In this document: positions 49,220 to 58,963 of the stretch, piece by piece
How positions within the stretch are numbered: position 1 is the first letter of the stretch
How the letters are laid out: each line of letters begins with the position of its first letter
The notes under the pieces: generated by a model
Told to the model about the DNA's origin: nothing
Databases searched by the model: none
What the model saw: the letters and a program-made list of their open reading frames with translations, nothing else
From: Coleofasciculus sp. B1-GNL1-01
Lineage (GTDB): Bacteria > Cyanobacteriota > Cyanobacteriia > Cyanobacteriales > Coleofasciculaceae
NCBI GenBank assembly: GCA_040220235.1
Contig: JAVJTO010000082.1
Reading direction: 5' to 3' (one strand)
Length of the DNA stretch: 64,000 bases
Made by a program: the position numbers and the translations under genes

Positions 49220-50427
49220 TGATTGATACCAAATCCGTGTTTTTTTCGCTTCGGCTTCCCAGACTTTTTCGGAAACGGAGAGTTAGAAAACCGAGTTAAA
49301 TCTGACTCCACCTGCAGTTGAGAGGTACTCATTTCTGTTACTAACTGCTTTTGTCCATCAGGCACATCTGCCAACGCTTCATCGGGTAAAACATAGGACG
49401 TGGCAATCAATTGTTCATCCCAGTCGATAATCTCAGGAAACCGAATCCCCGGTAATACCTGTACCGCAAAAATTTCCTGTACGGCTTCTTCAAACTTTAA
49501 AAATGCCACAGTTTGCCCTGTCTCAATATTCACCACCCAAACCCCACAGATGCGTTCCTCCAGCCGTTGAGTCAACGGAATACCACTAAATACTGCTGTC
49601 TCCCGCACTTGGGAAAGACCAATAAACGCCAAGGAACCCCAGAAGTCTATACCCCGAGTAAAGCCAGGAAGCTGAGTCACTGTCTCACATTTCCCAGACG
49701 CCAAATCAACGGTTGCTAGAGAACCATTCCCTGATTCCAATACCCAGAGACGATTTTGATACCAACGGGGTGAGTGAGGCATTGATAATTCCTGGACAAT
49801 TACCTGATTTGTCTCTACATCCATCAATACGCCACCAAAAGCCTTATTTTCTCGCCAGCCTCCTCGACTATCTGTTGTTCCTAATGCTGTGACGTATTGG
49901 GGGTAATTGTCCACCATACCTAAACCATTAAGATGACAACGGTCTTCTGGTGACAAGGCGCTGATAAAATCAGGTCGCCAACGGGGAACAAAGCTGTGGT
50001 CAAAGTCTAGAGTACATAGACAAGAAAAACGGGTATTGATAAACCAGAGTTCTTGGTCTGCCCATGCCATTTCATGGATATCAATATCCCCAGTAATATG
50101 AGAATTGCGGGGAAGATAGCAAGCGTCGTGTTTTCCAATAGGTTCCAATTTCTGAGCAACGGCTGGCACATTGCGGAGTTCACAAACTTGGTTGGCTGTA
50201 CCAATGGCAATTCTACCTCGATCCGCTGCTAAACCCATAGGTTTTTGGAAGACACGGAAGTGAGTATTGATATGTTCTCCATCAGCACGGAGGACGATTA
50301 ACTTACCCGCTTGGTAGGTGGAAACCACTAAGGAAATCCCCAGTTGGGTTAGGATTTGGGGAAAGTTCGTGGTATGGACACTCCGCATTGGGTCGTCTTG
50401 GGGTTGGTGCTGAGGAAAGTTCGTCAT
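49210..50427 (-). CDS. TIGR03032 (DUF4915)-family protein
   Basis: SL.VSTYQAGKL, H.TGDIDIHEMAW, NTRFSCLCT, SF.PRWRP.FIS.L.PEDRCHLNGL, SMPHSPR, PGFTRG. Confidence 0.88.
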   Translation of the reverse strand: MTNFPQHQPQDDPMRSVHTTNFPQILTQLGISLVVSTYQAGKLIVLRADGEHINTHFRVFQKPMGLAADRGRIAIGTANQVCELRNVPAVAQKLEPIGKHDACYLPRNSHITGDIDIHEMAWADQELWFINTRFSCLCTLDFDHSFVPRWRPDFISALSPEDRCHLNGLGMVDNYPQYVTALGTTDSRGGWRENKAFGGVLMDVETNQVIVQELSMPHSPRWYQNRLWVLESGNGSLATVDLASGKCETVTQLPGFTRGIDFWGSLAFIGLSQVRETAVFSGIPLTQRLEERICGVWVVNIETGQTVAFLKFEEAVQEIFAVQVLPGIRFPEIIDWDEQLIATSYVLPDEALADVPDGQKQLVTEMSTSQLQVESDLTRFSNSPFPKKSGKPKRKKHGFGINQQH

Positions 50428-51152
50428 CTGAAGTATGCAGTCAGTCAGAACAGATCTATTGTCCCACTTGAGCCTCTACCACCGATCGCGATTTAATTTG
50501 AGTTGAGGGGTAAGGTGCGATGATGGCGGCAATGTGCGATCGCGTTGACCACAAAGTTGACTACAAAGCGTGCGATCGCATCGGTAGCCGTCTCTCAAGT
50601 CTCACTTTACCCGATCTCAGAGGTCTTAGGGACTTGCAACTTAATAATGTACCAAGGAAGCTTGGCTAAGTTCATGAATACAGCTTTCCTCACTGGTACT
50701 TTATTTTTACGCAGCTCCCTAACATCTCGAGTCCACTCAGGTTGATCGAGTAGCCCTCTACTCAAATCCTTGACTCAGCAGCTTATATGAAGCTTGTGTG
50801 AAGCAAAGCCCTCTCTTGCCTGGGAACTCTATGATAATTTTTCCTAATGATTTTCACGTATTTTTCACGTATTTACATTGTTACCAGGCAGCGGACTTGT
50901 AATCAATTAATCATTGTATTCCTATTTAACGATTATTTTTTTCGCTTCATTGAAATAATTTGTCCCTGAAGATGGGGTTTGAGGAGATTTGTTTTAATTA
51001 TTTAACATTTCATGAGTCATGACTAAGATAATTTTTTATAAAAATTAACATATTAAAGGTTTTATGAAAATAATTTTGCTTGGGATTCAGCCTGTGGAAT
51101 GAATAGTATCCTACAGATAGAATTCCGATTATAACCTATAAGGAACAAGTAA

Positions 51153-52829
51153 ATGGCTACTTTTACAGTTACCAATCCTTTGGACTCGGGAGCAGGCAGC
51201 TTTCGTCAGGCAATCTTCGATGCCAATACACAAGCAGGTACAGATGAGATTGTCTTTGACACGGGGGGTTTTCCCAGTACCCTCACCCTCACCAGTGGAG
51301 AACTCAAGATTACCGACTCAGTAAATATCCTCGGCTCAGGTGCTGATTGGCTGACAGTCAGTGGGAACAATAACTCCCGAATCTTTAACATTGATGATGG
51401 AGGCAGCCAAATCCTCGATGTGCTGATTTCTGGTTTAACTTTGACTGATGGCAATGGTAGAGCCACTAATTCCAATTCATCCTTCGGTTTGGGTGGCGCT
51501 ATCTACAATGCCGATGAAAATCTCACTCTCATAGATGCTGTGGTGACTAATAACACAGCGAGAGGTAATTTTTTTGAGGATGGTAGTGGTGGTGGTATCT
51601 TTAACAGCTCCGGTGAACTCACGATCACTAACAGTATTATCAGTAGCAATTTAGCCGCAGGTCAATTTGAGTACTCTCCTGGTTATGGTACCAATGGTTC
51701 AGGGGGCGGTATTTTTAATGAGTCCGGCACTATAGACGTCAACAATAGTACTATCAGTGACAATCGTGCAGCAGGCGGCGATGGCTACGGGGATAGCGGC
51801 AATGGCGAAGGTGGTGCTATTTTCAATGGCTCTGGCATTATAAACGTCAACAATAGTACTATTAGTAACAATAGCGCAGCCGCTGGCTCCGGTAGAAGCT
51901 TTGCTGGTCATGGCAAAGGTGGCGGTATGTTTAACGGTTCTGGCGAATTGGTCGTAACCAACAGCACTATTAACAACAATATAGCAGCAGGTGGTTCAAG
52001 CTTTTATGGAGCTGCCAAGGGTAGTGGTGGTGGCATTTTCGGTAAAGTGACAGTCATCAACAGCACGATTAGTGACAATACAGCAAGAGCTGGCTCCACT
52101 GGGTCTTATTACTCGCCTTCTTACCCAACCACAGGCAACGGCGGTGGCATCTCAGGTCAAGTGACTGTGATTAACAGCACTATTAGTCACAATACAGCCG
52201 AAGGTGGTTCAGGTCTTTATGGTGCTGCCGGTGGTATTGGTGGCGGGATCTGGGGTAGTGGAACAGTAACGAACAGCACCATCACTGGTAATGAAGCCAA
52301 AAGTGGTAGCTGCCACCTGCCTTACTGCGAAACAGACTTCAGCTTTGGCGGCGGCATTGCCAACACAGGCAGGATGACAATCACTAGTAGTCTTATTGCT
52401 GGCAACATCGATGCTGCTGATATTTCTGGCAGTTCTTTCATCTCTGGTGGTCATAACTTAATTGGCAATGGCGATGGCACTCCAGGTTTCATCAATGGGG
52501 TCAATAATGACCAGGTTGGTACTACGGATAACCCAATTGATCCTCTACTTGGTTTATTACAAAATAATGGGAGTTCCACTGCAACTCATGCTCTCCTTCC
52601 TGGTAGCCCTGCTATTGATGCAGGTAGTAACCCTCTAATGCTGCTCACCGATCAACGAGGAGACGGCTTTAACCGGACGGTAGGCAGTCAAACTGACGTT
52701 GGGGCATTTGAAGTGCAACCACTCCCGTCAACTTCTGTCCCTGAACCATCATCAATGCTGGGTTTAATTGGGTTGATGATTCTGGGAACTACTTGCCTGG
52801 TAAAGCGCAAACTACCAAATAAATCGTGA
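51153..52829 (+). CDS. Beta-helix repeat PEP-CTERM protein, paralog 2
   Basis: Same architecture as paralog 1; ends VPEPSSMLGLIGLMILG...KRK. Confidence 0.9.
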   Translation: MATFTVTNPLDSGAGSFRQAIFDANTQAGTDEIVFDTGGFPSTLTLTSGELKITDSVNILGSGADWLTVSGNNNSRIFNIDDGGSQILDVLISGLTLTDGNGRATNSNSSFGLGGAIYNADENLTLIDAVVTNNTARGNFFEDGSGGGIFNSSGELTITNSIISSNLAAGQFEYSPGYGTNGSGGGIFNESGTIDVNNSTISDNRAAGGDGYGDSGNGEGGAIFNGSGIINVNNSTISNNSAAAGSGRSFAGHGKGGGMFNGSGELVVTNSTINNNIAAGGSSFYGAAKGSGGGIFGKVTVINSTISDNTARAGSTGSYYSPSYPTTGNGGGISGQVTVINSTISHNTAEGGSGLYGAAGGIGGGIWGSGTVTNSTITGNEAKSGSCHLPYCETDFSFGGGIANTGRMTITSSLIAGNIDAADISGSSFISGGHNLIGNGDGTPGFINGVNNDQVGTTDNPIDPLLGLLQNNGSSTATHALLPGSPAIDAGSNPLMLLTDQRGDGFNRTVGSQTDVGAFEVQPLPSTSVPEPSSMLGLIGLMILGTTCLVKRKLPNKS

Positions 52830-52924
52830 TATAGCAACCGCCACAACGGTTAGGATACGAAGTCTATCTCAAAACAATACATGGCATTCATCAATATGTC
52901 CTAATGACCCTGGCGACTGCTATA
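52830..52924. repeat. MITE-like inverted-repeat element (half copy ~62228-62253)
   Basis: tatagcaaccgcca ... tggcgactgctata. Confidence 0.6.
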
Positions 52925-52959
52925 CTTTTTCCATCTTTAAAGTTTTCTACCTCGAAGCA

Positions 52960-53064
52960 CTATAGCAATCCTATTTAGGTCGTGGCAATTTTAAAAAATG
53001 AAACCCTTGCTATACCTGGGTTTCGAGCATTTCGCTTGTTGCATCCTATTTAGGATTGCTATAG
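52960..53064. repeat. MITE-like inverted-repeat element
   Basis: Perfect 14-bp ends ctatagcaatccta / taggattgctatag. Confidence 0.7.
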
Positions 53065-53124
53065 AGACTGAAAAAAAGAGACAAAACAGAATAGGTCAAA
53101 CAACAATACATAAGGAACAAGTAA

Positions 53125-54780
53125 ATGGCTACTTTCACCGTTACCAATCTTTTTGACTCGGGAGCAGGCAGCTTTCGTCAAGCAATCTTCGACGCTAATA
53201 CACAAGCAGGTACAGATGAGATTGTTTTTGACACGGGGGGTTTTCCCAGTACCCTCACCCTCACCAGTGGCGAACTTAATATTACCGACTCCGTAAATAT
53301 CCTCGGGTCGGGCGCTGATTTTATGACAGTTAGTGGGAACAACAACTCCCGCATCTTTAGTATTGATGATGGCGGCAGCCAAATCCTTGATGTGCTAATT
53401 TCTGGTTTAACTGTGAGTGACAGTAATGGTAAAGGCAGAGCCGATCCTGGCGGTGCTATTTACAATGAGGATGAAAATCTCACCCTCCTGGATCTTGTGG
53501 TGACTAACAATACCATAAAAGACTTCGGCGTCGGTGGTGGTATATTCAATAGCTCCGGCAAGCTTACCCTAACTAACAGTATTATCAGCCACAATAGAAC
53601 ATTTGGTGTCACTTATAGTGGTGTCGGTTTGAGTAATGGCGAGGGTGGCGGCATTTATAATGGCTCCGGTATTGTAAACATACACAACAGTACTATCAGC
53701 CACAATAAAGCATCTGGTGCCTCAGGTAGACATAGTTTTAGTAGTGGCAACGGTGGCGGAATTTTTAATCGTTCGGGTGAGTTGGTAGTAACGGACAGCA
53801 CGATCAGCGATAATACCGCAGTCGGTGGTGGTGGTGCCTTTTATGCTGATTCTCCTGGGAACGGTGGTGGCATCTTTAATGACTCTGGCATGGTGAAGGT
53901 GGAGAATAGTACTATCAGTGGCAACAGAGCTTTTGGTGGATCGGGTGTTCAATTTATTAGCAGTGGTCCCGGCAAAGGTGGTGGTATATTTAATCGTTCT
54001 GGTGAGTTGGTAGTGACCAACAGCACCGTTAATAGCAACATGGCAGTAGGCGGCAGAAGCGTCACCGCCACCAATGGTCAAGCGGCTAATGGCTACGGTG
54101 GCGGCTTATCGGGTAAAGTAACGTTAAGCAACAGCACCATTAGCGGCAATATAGCATCAGGCGGTCTGGGTTACCAGGCTAACGGAGGCAATGGCTACGG
54201 CGGCGGCTTATGGGGTTGGGGTACAGTGACTAACAGTACCATCACTGGCAACGCCGCTAAAGGTGGCGATAGCTACAGTTTCAACTCCGGCACTGGTATT
54301 GGTAGCGGTATTTTTAATACAGAGACGATGACAATTACCAGTAGCATTATTGCTGGCAACACCGATGCTGCTGATATTTCTGGCAATTCTTTCACCTCCG
54401 GTGGTCACAACTTAATTGGCAATGGCGATGGCACTCCAGGTTTCATCAATGGGGTCAATAATGACCAGGTTGGTACTACGGATAACCCAATTGATCCTCT
54501 ACTTGGTTTATTACAAAATAATGGGGGTTCCACTGCAACTCATGCTCTCCTTCCTGGTAGCCCTGCTATTGATGCAGGTAGTAACCCTCTAATGCTGCTC
54601 ACCGACCAACGAGGAGACGGCTTTAACCGGACGGTAGGCAGTCAAACCGATGTTGGGGCATTCGAGGTACAGCCTTCATCAGGAACTTCTGTACCAGAAC
54701 CATCATCAATGCTAGGTTTATTAGGGTTATTGATTCTGGGGACTACTTCATTGCTGAAGCGCAAACGACAACAACATTAA
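53125..54780 (+). CDS. Beta-helix repeat PEP-CTERM protein, paralog 3
   Basis: Same architecture; ends VPEPSSMLGLLGLLILG...KRKR. Confidence 0.9.
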   Translation: MATFTVTNLFDSGAGSFRQAIFDANTQAGTDEIVFDTGGFPSTLTLTSGELNITDSVNILGSGADFMTVSGNNNSRIFSIDDGGSQILDVLISGLTVSDSNGKGRADPGGAIYNEDENLTLLDLVVTNNTIKDFGVGGGIFNSSGKLTLTNSIISHNRTFGVTYSGVGLSNGEGGGIYNGSGIVNIHNSTISHNKASGASGRHSFSSGNGGGIFNRSGELVVTDSTISDNTAVGGGGAFYADSPGNGGGIFNDSGMVKVENSTISGNRAFGGSGVQFISSGPGKGGGIFNRSGELVVTNSTVNSNMAVGGRSVTATNGQAANGYGGGLSGKVTLSNSTISGNIASGGLGYQANGGNGYGGGLWGWGTVTNSTITGNAAKGGDSYSFNSGTGIGSGIFNTETMTITSSIIAGNTDAADISGNSFTSGGHNLIGNGDGTPGFINGVNNDQVGTTDNPIDPLLGLLQNNGGSTATHALLPGSPAIDAGSNPLMLLTDQRGDGFNRTVGSQTDVGAFEVQPSSGTSVPEPSSMLGLLGLLILGTTSLLKRKRQQH

Positions 54781-54893
54781 AGTTGACGGTTGAGATTGGG
54801 GAACTCTTAACAGAGAACAGAGAACAAGGAACCCATGCATGTTGACAAGTCTTTAACTCAGTTAACCAAATTTCTGTCCAGGTACTTATCCCC

Positions 54894-56126
54894 ATGAACC
54901 GACGCAAATTTTTACAATACGCTAGCCTCTTGACTGCTGCTGGACTTACGCCGATTGGGTTACAGGGTTGGGCGGCTAGAGGAATGGCTTCCACGACTAC
55001 CAACAAACGACTCATTGTCATATTCCTGCGCGGTGGTATCGATGGATTAAATGTTGTAGTTCCCTTCCAAGACCAAGACTACTATGAAGCCAGACCCAGA
55101 ATTGCTATTCCCCAACCCAAAGAAAAAGGAGGAGTGCTAGATTTAGATGGTCATTTTGGCTTGCATCCTGCCTTGGCTGACCTGATGCCGTTATGGAAAC
55201 AAGGCAGTTTAGCATTTGTCCATGCTTGCGGATCACCGGATACCACTCGCTCTCATTTTGATGCTCAAAATTATATGGAGAGTGGAACTCCTGGCGATAA
55301 AACCACATCCGATGGTTGGATGAATCGCTTGTTAGCAACTCTCCCTGAAGCTGGACCTACTCAAGCCGTCAATATCGGTTCGATGATCTCGCCTATTCTG
55401 ATGGGTAACAGTTCTGTGGCTAGTCTACCACCAGGAAGTAATGCTACCCGTTCTCTATCAGTGGATCGTTCTCAACTCAATGCAGCCTTTGAACGCCTTT
55501 ACCGGGGGAATGATCCGATTCATCTAGCTTATCAGGAAGGACAACAAGCGCGGGAAATTTTGCTGGCTACCCTAGCGGCTGAAATGCGAGAAGCTGACAA
55601 CGGCGCACCCCCTCCAAATGGATTTGCTAAAGATACCCGGAATCTGGCGAGGCTAATGGTTGGAGATTCCCAGACTCAATTGGCATTCATGGCGTTAGGG
55701 GGGTGGGATACTCATATTAATCAGGGAAGCAGTCAGGGTCAGTTTGCCAATAAACTGAAATCTTTGGCACAAGGATTAGTGACTCTAGTCCAGGAATTAG
55801 GTTCAGTCTATTCCGATACTGCGATCGCTATCTTATCGGAGTTCGGTCGCACGGTGAAGGAGAATGGCAATGGGGGGACGGATCACGGACATGGTAACGT
55901 GATGTGGATTTTAGGGGGTGGGATTCGTGGTGGTAAAGTCTATGGGGAATGGTCAGGTTTGAGTGAATCAGCGTTATTCCAAGGACGAGATTTAGCCGTC
56001 ACCACCGATTTTCGAGACGCGATCGCATCAATCTTAGAACAACATATACAACTTGAGGCAAATCAAGTTGCTCAGGTTTTTCCTGGCTTTACTTCTAATC
56101 ATCGTTTGCAGTCAGCCTGGAAATAA
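54894..56126 (+). CDS. DUF1501-family protein with a Tat signal
   Basis: MNRRKFL twin-Arg motif, IFLRGG.DGLN.VVP, RSHFDAQ, GGWDTH, SEFGRT..ENG..GTDHG. Confidence 0.92.
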   Translation: MNRRKFLQYASLLTAAGLTPIGLQGWAARGMASTTTNKRLIVIFLRGGIDGLNVVVPFQDQDYYEARPRIAIPQPKEKGGVLDLDGHFGLHPALADLMPLWKQGSLAFVHACGSPDTTRSHFDAQNYMESGTPGDKTTSDGWMNRLLATLPEAGPTQAVNIGSMISPILMGNSSVASLPPGSNATRSLSVDRSQLNAAFERLYRGNDPIHLAYQEGQQAREILLATLAAEMREADNGAPPPNGFAKDTRNLARLMVGDSQTQLAFMALGGWDTHINQGSSQGQFANKLKSLAQGLVTLVQELGSVYSDTAIAILSEFGRTVKENGNGGTDHGHGNVMWILGGGIRGGKVYGEWSGLSESALFQGRDLAVTTDFRDAIASILEQHIQLEANQVAQVFPGFTSNHRLQSAWK

Positions 56127-56502
56127 ATTTCCGGCTGATAGCTAAAGTCAGCGAAAGCTGACTAGAGGTTTTAACCTGTTTTAACAGGTTTTAGCTTGGG
56201 TTCCGGAACTTGAGTTCACGGCTATACTCCTAGACGGGTGGTGGTAAATGAGTAGTAGGTTGGGTTGAACAACGTGAAACCCAACCAGAGTTTGTTGGGT
56301 CTCATCCCTCGGTTTAAATCAATTTGACCGCTTTGAGACCAAAAAACAGGGCTAGGGCGACACCCGTAGCACCACCGAGGATTAAAAAGTAGGCAACAAT
56401 TGCAGATCCAGACATTTACCGTTCTCTCAAAAACGTCTTACTTTAGACTATTAAATCATCAAGTGGGATAAAATACAGCCCACAGTTGCTGGAGAAAATC
56501 AG

Positions 56503-57588
56503 ATGAAATCAGTGATTCGGGTTGAAGTACCACCGCAGTCTTACGATATTGCGATCGCGCCAGGAAGCTTGGATGATATCGGCGTCTGGATGAGTCGGCT
56601 GAAACTAGGGAAAAAGGTTCTCCTCGTCTCCAATCCCGCCATTTTTCGCCGCTACGGGGAACGGGCGATCGCGGCGCTGAAGTTAGTCGGCTATCAGGTG
56701 TCTCATTGTACCCTACCCGCAGGTGAACGGTACAAAACCCTTAAGTCCATTCAAAAAATCTACGACGCCGCCCTCCAGAACCGCCTAGAACGGTCTTCCA
56801 CGATGGTGGCATTAGGGGGAGGCGTGATTGGGGATATGACCGGATTTGCGGCAGCTACCTGGTTACGGGGAATTAATGCCGTCCAAGTTCCCACCTCCCT
56901 GTTAGCCATGGTGGATGCAGCTATTGGCGGTAAGACAGGAGTCAACCATCCCCAAGGGAAAAACTTAATTGGCGCCTTTCACCAACCCCGCTTTGTGTTA
57001 ATTGATCCGCAAGTCTTACAAACCTTACCCCCACGAGAATTACGGGCGGGAATGGCAGAAGTGATTAAATATGGCGTAATCTGGGATGCTGAATTATTTA
57101 CCAAGTTGGAGAGTACAAAGCGTCTCGACCAACGGCGGTATTTAGATGAGGAATTATTGTCCTTTATTTTATCCTGTTCTTGCCAAGCCAAAGCCGATGT
57201 TGTTAGTCAGGATGAGAAAGAAGCTGGATTAAGGGCTATTTTAAATTATGGTCACACGATTGGTCATGCGGTCGAAAGTTTAACCGGATATAAAGTGGTT
57301 AATCATGGGGAAGCGGTGGCGATTGGCATGGTGGCGGCGGGTCAAATTGCTGTAGATCTTCAGATGTGGACACCGCAGGAAGCCGCACGTCAAAAGGCGT
57401 TAATTGAGAAAGCCGGATTACCGACTCAGTTACCACCGGGATTGGATATTGATGCAATTATTGATACCTTGCAAACCGATAAGAAAGTGAAAGACGGCAA
57501 AGTGCGATTTATTTTGCCCACTGAAATCGGTCATGTCACCATAACCGATCAAGTTCCAGCCGATGTAATTCGCCAGGTATTGAATTAG
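56503..57588 (+). CDS. aroB: 3-dehydroquinate synthase
   Basis: [58 protein letters not shown]. Confidence 0.97.
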   Translation: MKSVIRVEVPPQSYDIAIAPGSLDDIGVWMSRLKLGKKVLLVSNPAIFRRYGERAIAALKLVGYQVSHCTLPAGERYKTLKSIQKIYDAALQNRLERSSTMVALGGGVIGDMTGFAAATWLRGINAVQVPTSLLAMVDAAIGGKTGVNHPQGKNLIGAFHQPRFVLIDPQVLQTLPPRELRAGMAEVIKYGVIWDAELFTKLESTKRLDQRRYLDEELLSFILSCSCQAKADVVSQDEKEAGLRAILNYGHTIGHAVESLTGYKVVNHGEAVAIGMVAAGQIAVDLQMWTPQEAARQKALIEKAGLPTQLPPGLDIDAIIDTLQTDKKVKDGKVRFILPTEIGHVTITDQVPADVIRQVLN

Positions 57589-57676
57589 GGACTGCTGAAT
57601 CAGGCTTGTGGTGGGGAAGCTAGGGAAGCAGAGGGAGTAAACGAATGACGAATGACAAATGACGAATGACCAATCA

Positions 57677-58243
57677 CTAACGACCATAAAACGCTGGTTC
57701 CCTTGCCATAGAAAGCGCCATGTAGAGAATATTCTGTCGTTCAATGGCAGGAAAGCTAATCGTATAAATCATATCATTTTGCTGCCACATCACCGTTGAG
57801 AAGGGGTAGGAAGGATTTTGCAGGGGTCCTTCAATCAGATATCCTGCCACATTAGGCGTTAAGGTAATGCGATCGCCTAGGGTTTCATGGCGTTGGAGAT
57901 CACGCCGAGCACTCGCTGACTCCTTGGGGTGTACCGAAAAGCTACCCAGTAAGCAGGAATTCGGACTGCGATCGCAGGTAAACAGACTTACCATATAACT
58001 TGGGGGGGCTTCGGAGGGAAAAACCCGGACAATCAGTTGGTTTGGATCAATATCCAAAAGATCATTCACTCGTAACTCAGGGGGTAAGCGCATGGCTAAC
58101 CCCACAGGCAAATTTTTTTGGATACGTTCCATAAACGGAATAAACACAGGTGCAGGTTGGGCTTCAACCGCTACCGCTAAACTAAAGACACTGAGGAACA
58201 GTGACACTCCCCAGAAACACCGTTGCCAAATTCGGTAGACCAC
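57677..58243 (-). CDS. Hypothetical exported protein
   Basis: Signal-peptide-like N-terminus (…LAVAVEA|Q) and a Cys pair. Confidence 0.7.
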   Translation of the reverse strand: MVYRIWQRCFWGVSLFLSVFSLAVAVEAQPAPVFIPFMERIQKNLPVGLAMRLPPELRVNDLLDIDPNQLIVRVFPSEAPPSYMVSLFTCDRSPNSCLLGSFSVHPKESASARRDLQRHETLGDRITLTPNVAGYLIEGPLQNPSYPFSTVMWQQNDMIYTISFPAIERQNILYMALSMAREPAFYGR

Positions 58244-58963
58244 TTCGACTCAATTTAAACTAGATGCTTAATTATTTTTAGTCTACAGCTTTCTACCCTT
58301 TTAACCGTTTACCGATAAGTAATAACGATAACGATGCTACCAGACTTGATATTACCCGTTATTCCTCCACCCTAGCTGTTTTTATGAAGAAAATGTAAAG
58401 CTATCCTAAAATTGGTTAAGATCGTAACACAATGCCCCTGATCAGAAGCAGTAAACGCCTCATAAGCGTGAACTTGCACGTTGCCAAAATAGGAGAAACA
58501 TGGTTAACCTCTCTTCCCCGCCCCTTTCCTGGAGCGCAACCTCTTCCTTGTTGCTATGTGATAAAACGTATTACCTTGGTGCTAACGTGCCAATTGAATA
58601 GGGGAAACTTTGTGAATTTTATTTCCCAGCAATACCTGCATAGCCAGGAAAGCGGAAGTCTGAATCGAGGTATAGATGTTAATTTGGGTAGCGACAACCT
58701 TGACCAACGAGTAGGTTTAGGGACAAGCGTACTGACCTTGAGCAGACAAGGATTTCGTTGGGCTAACCCGAATAGTACACTAAAGCCCTTCTTTAAACAA
58801 GAGTTTCCTAATGTGTTTAAACTATGTACACATTGTCCTATCTTGAAGCCAGGATAGGGTTTGCTCAACCAGACAACATCGATCACACTGGAGTCATCAC
58901 ATCCATGGCAAGGACGTAACACTCGTGCATCTGGCTTTGACGAGGGTAAGGAGTAGTAAGTTA

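Noticed and set aside
46679..54780. Diversity-generating retroelement behind PEP-CTERM variation
   Set aside because: No reverse transcriptase in the window, and the differences are not adenine-specific template/variable-repeat pairs.
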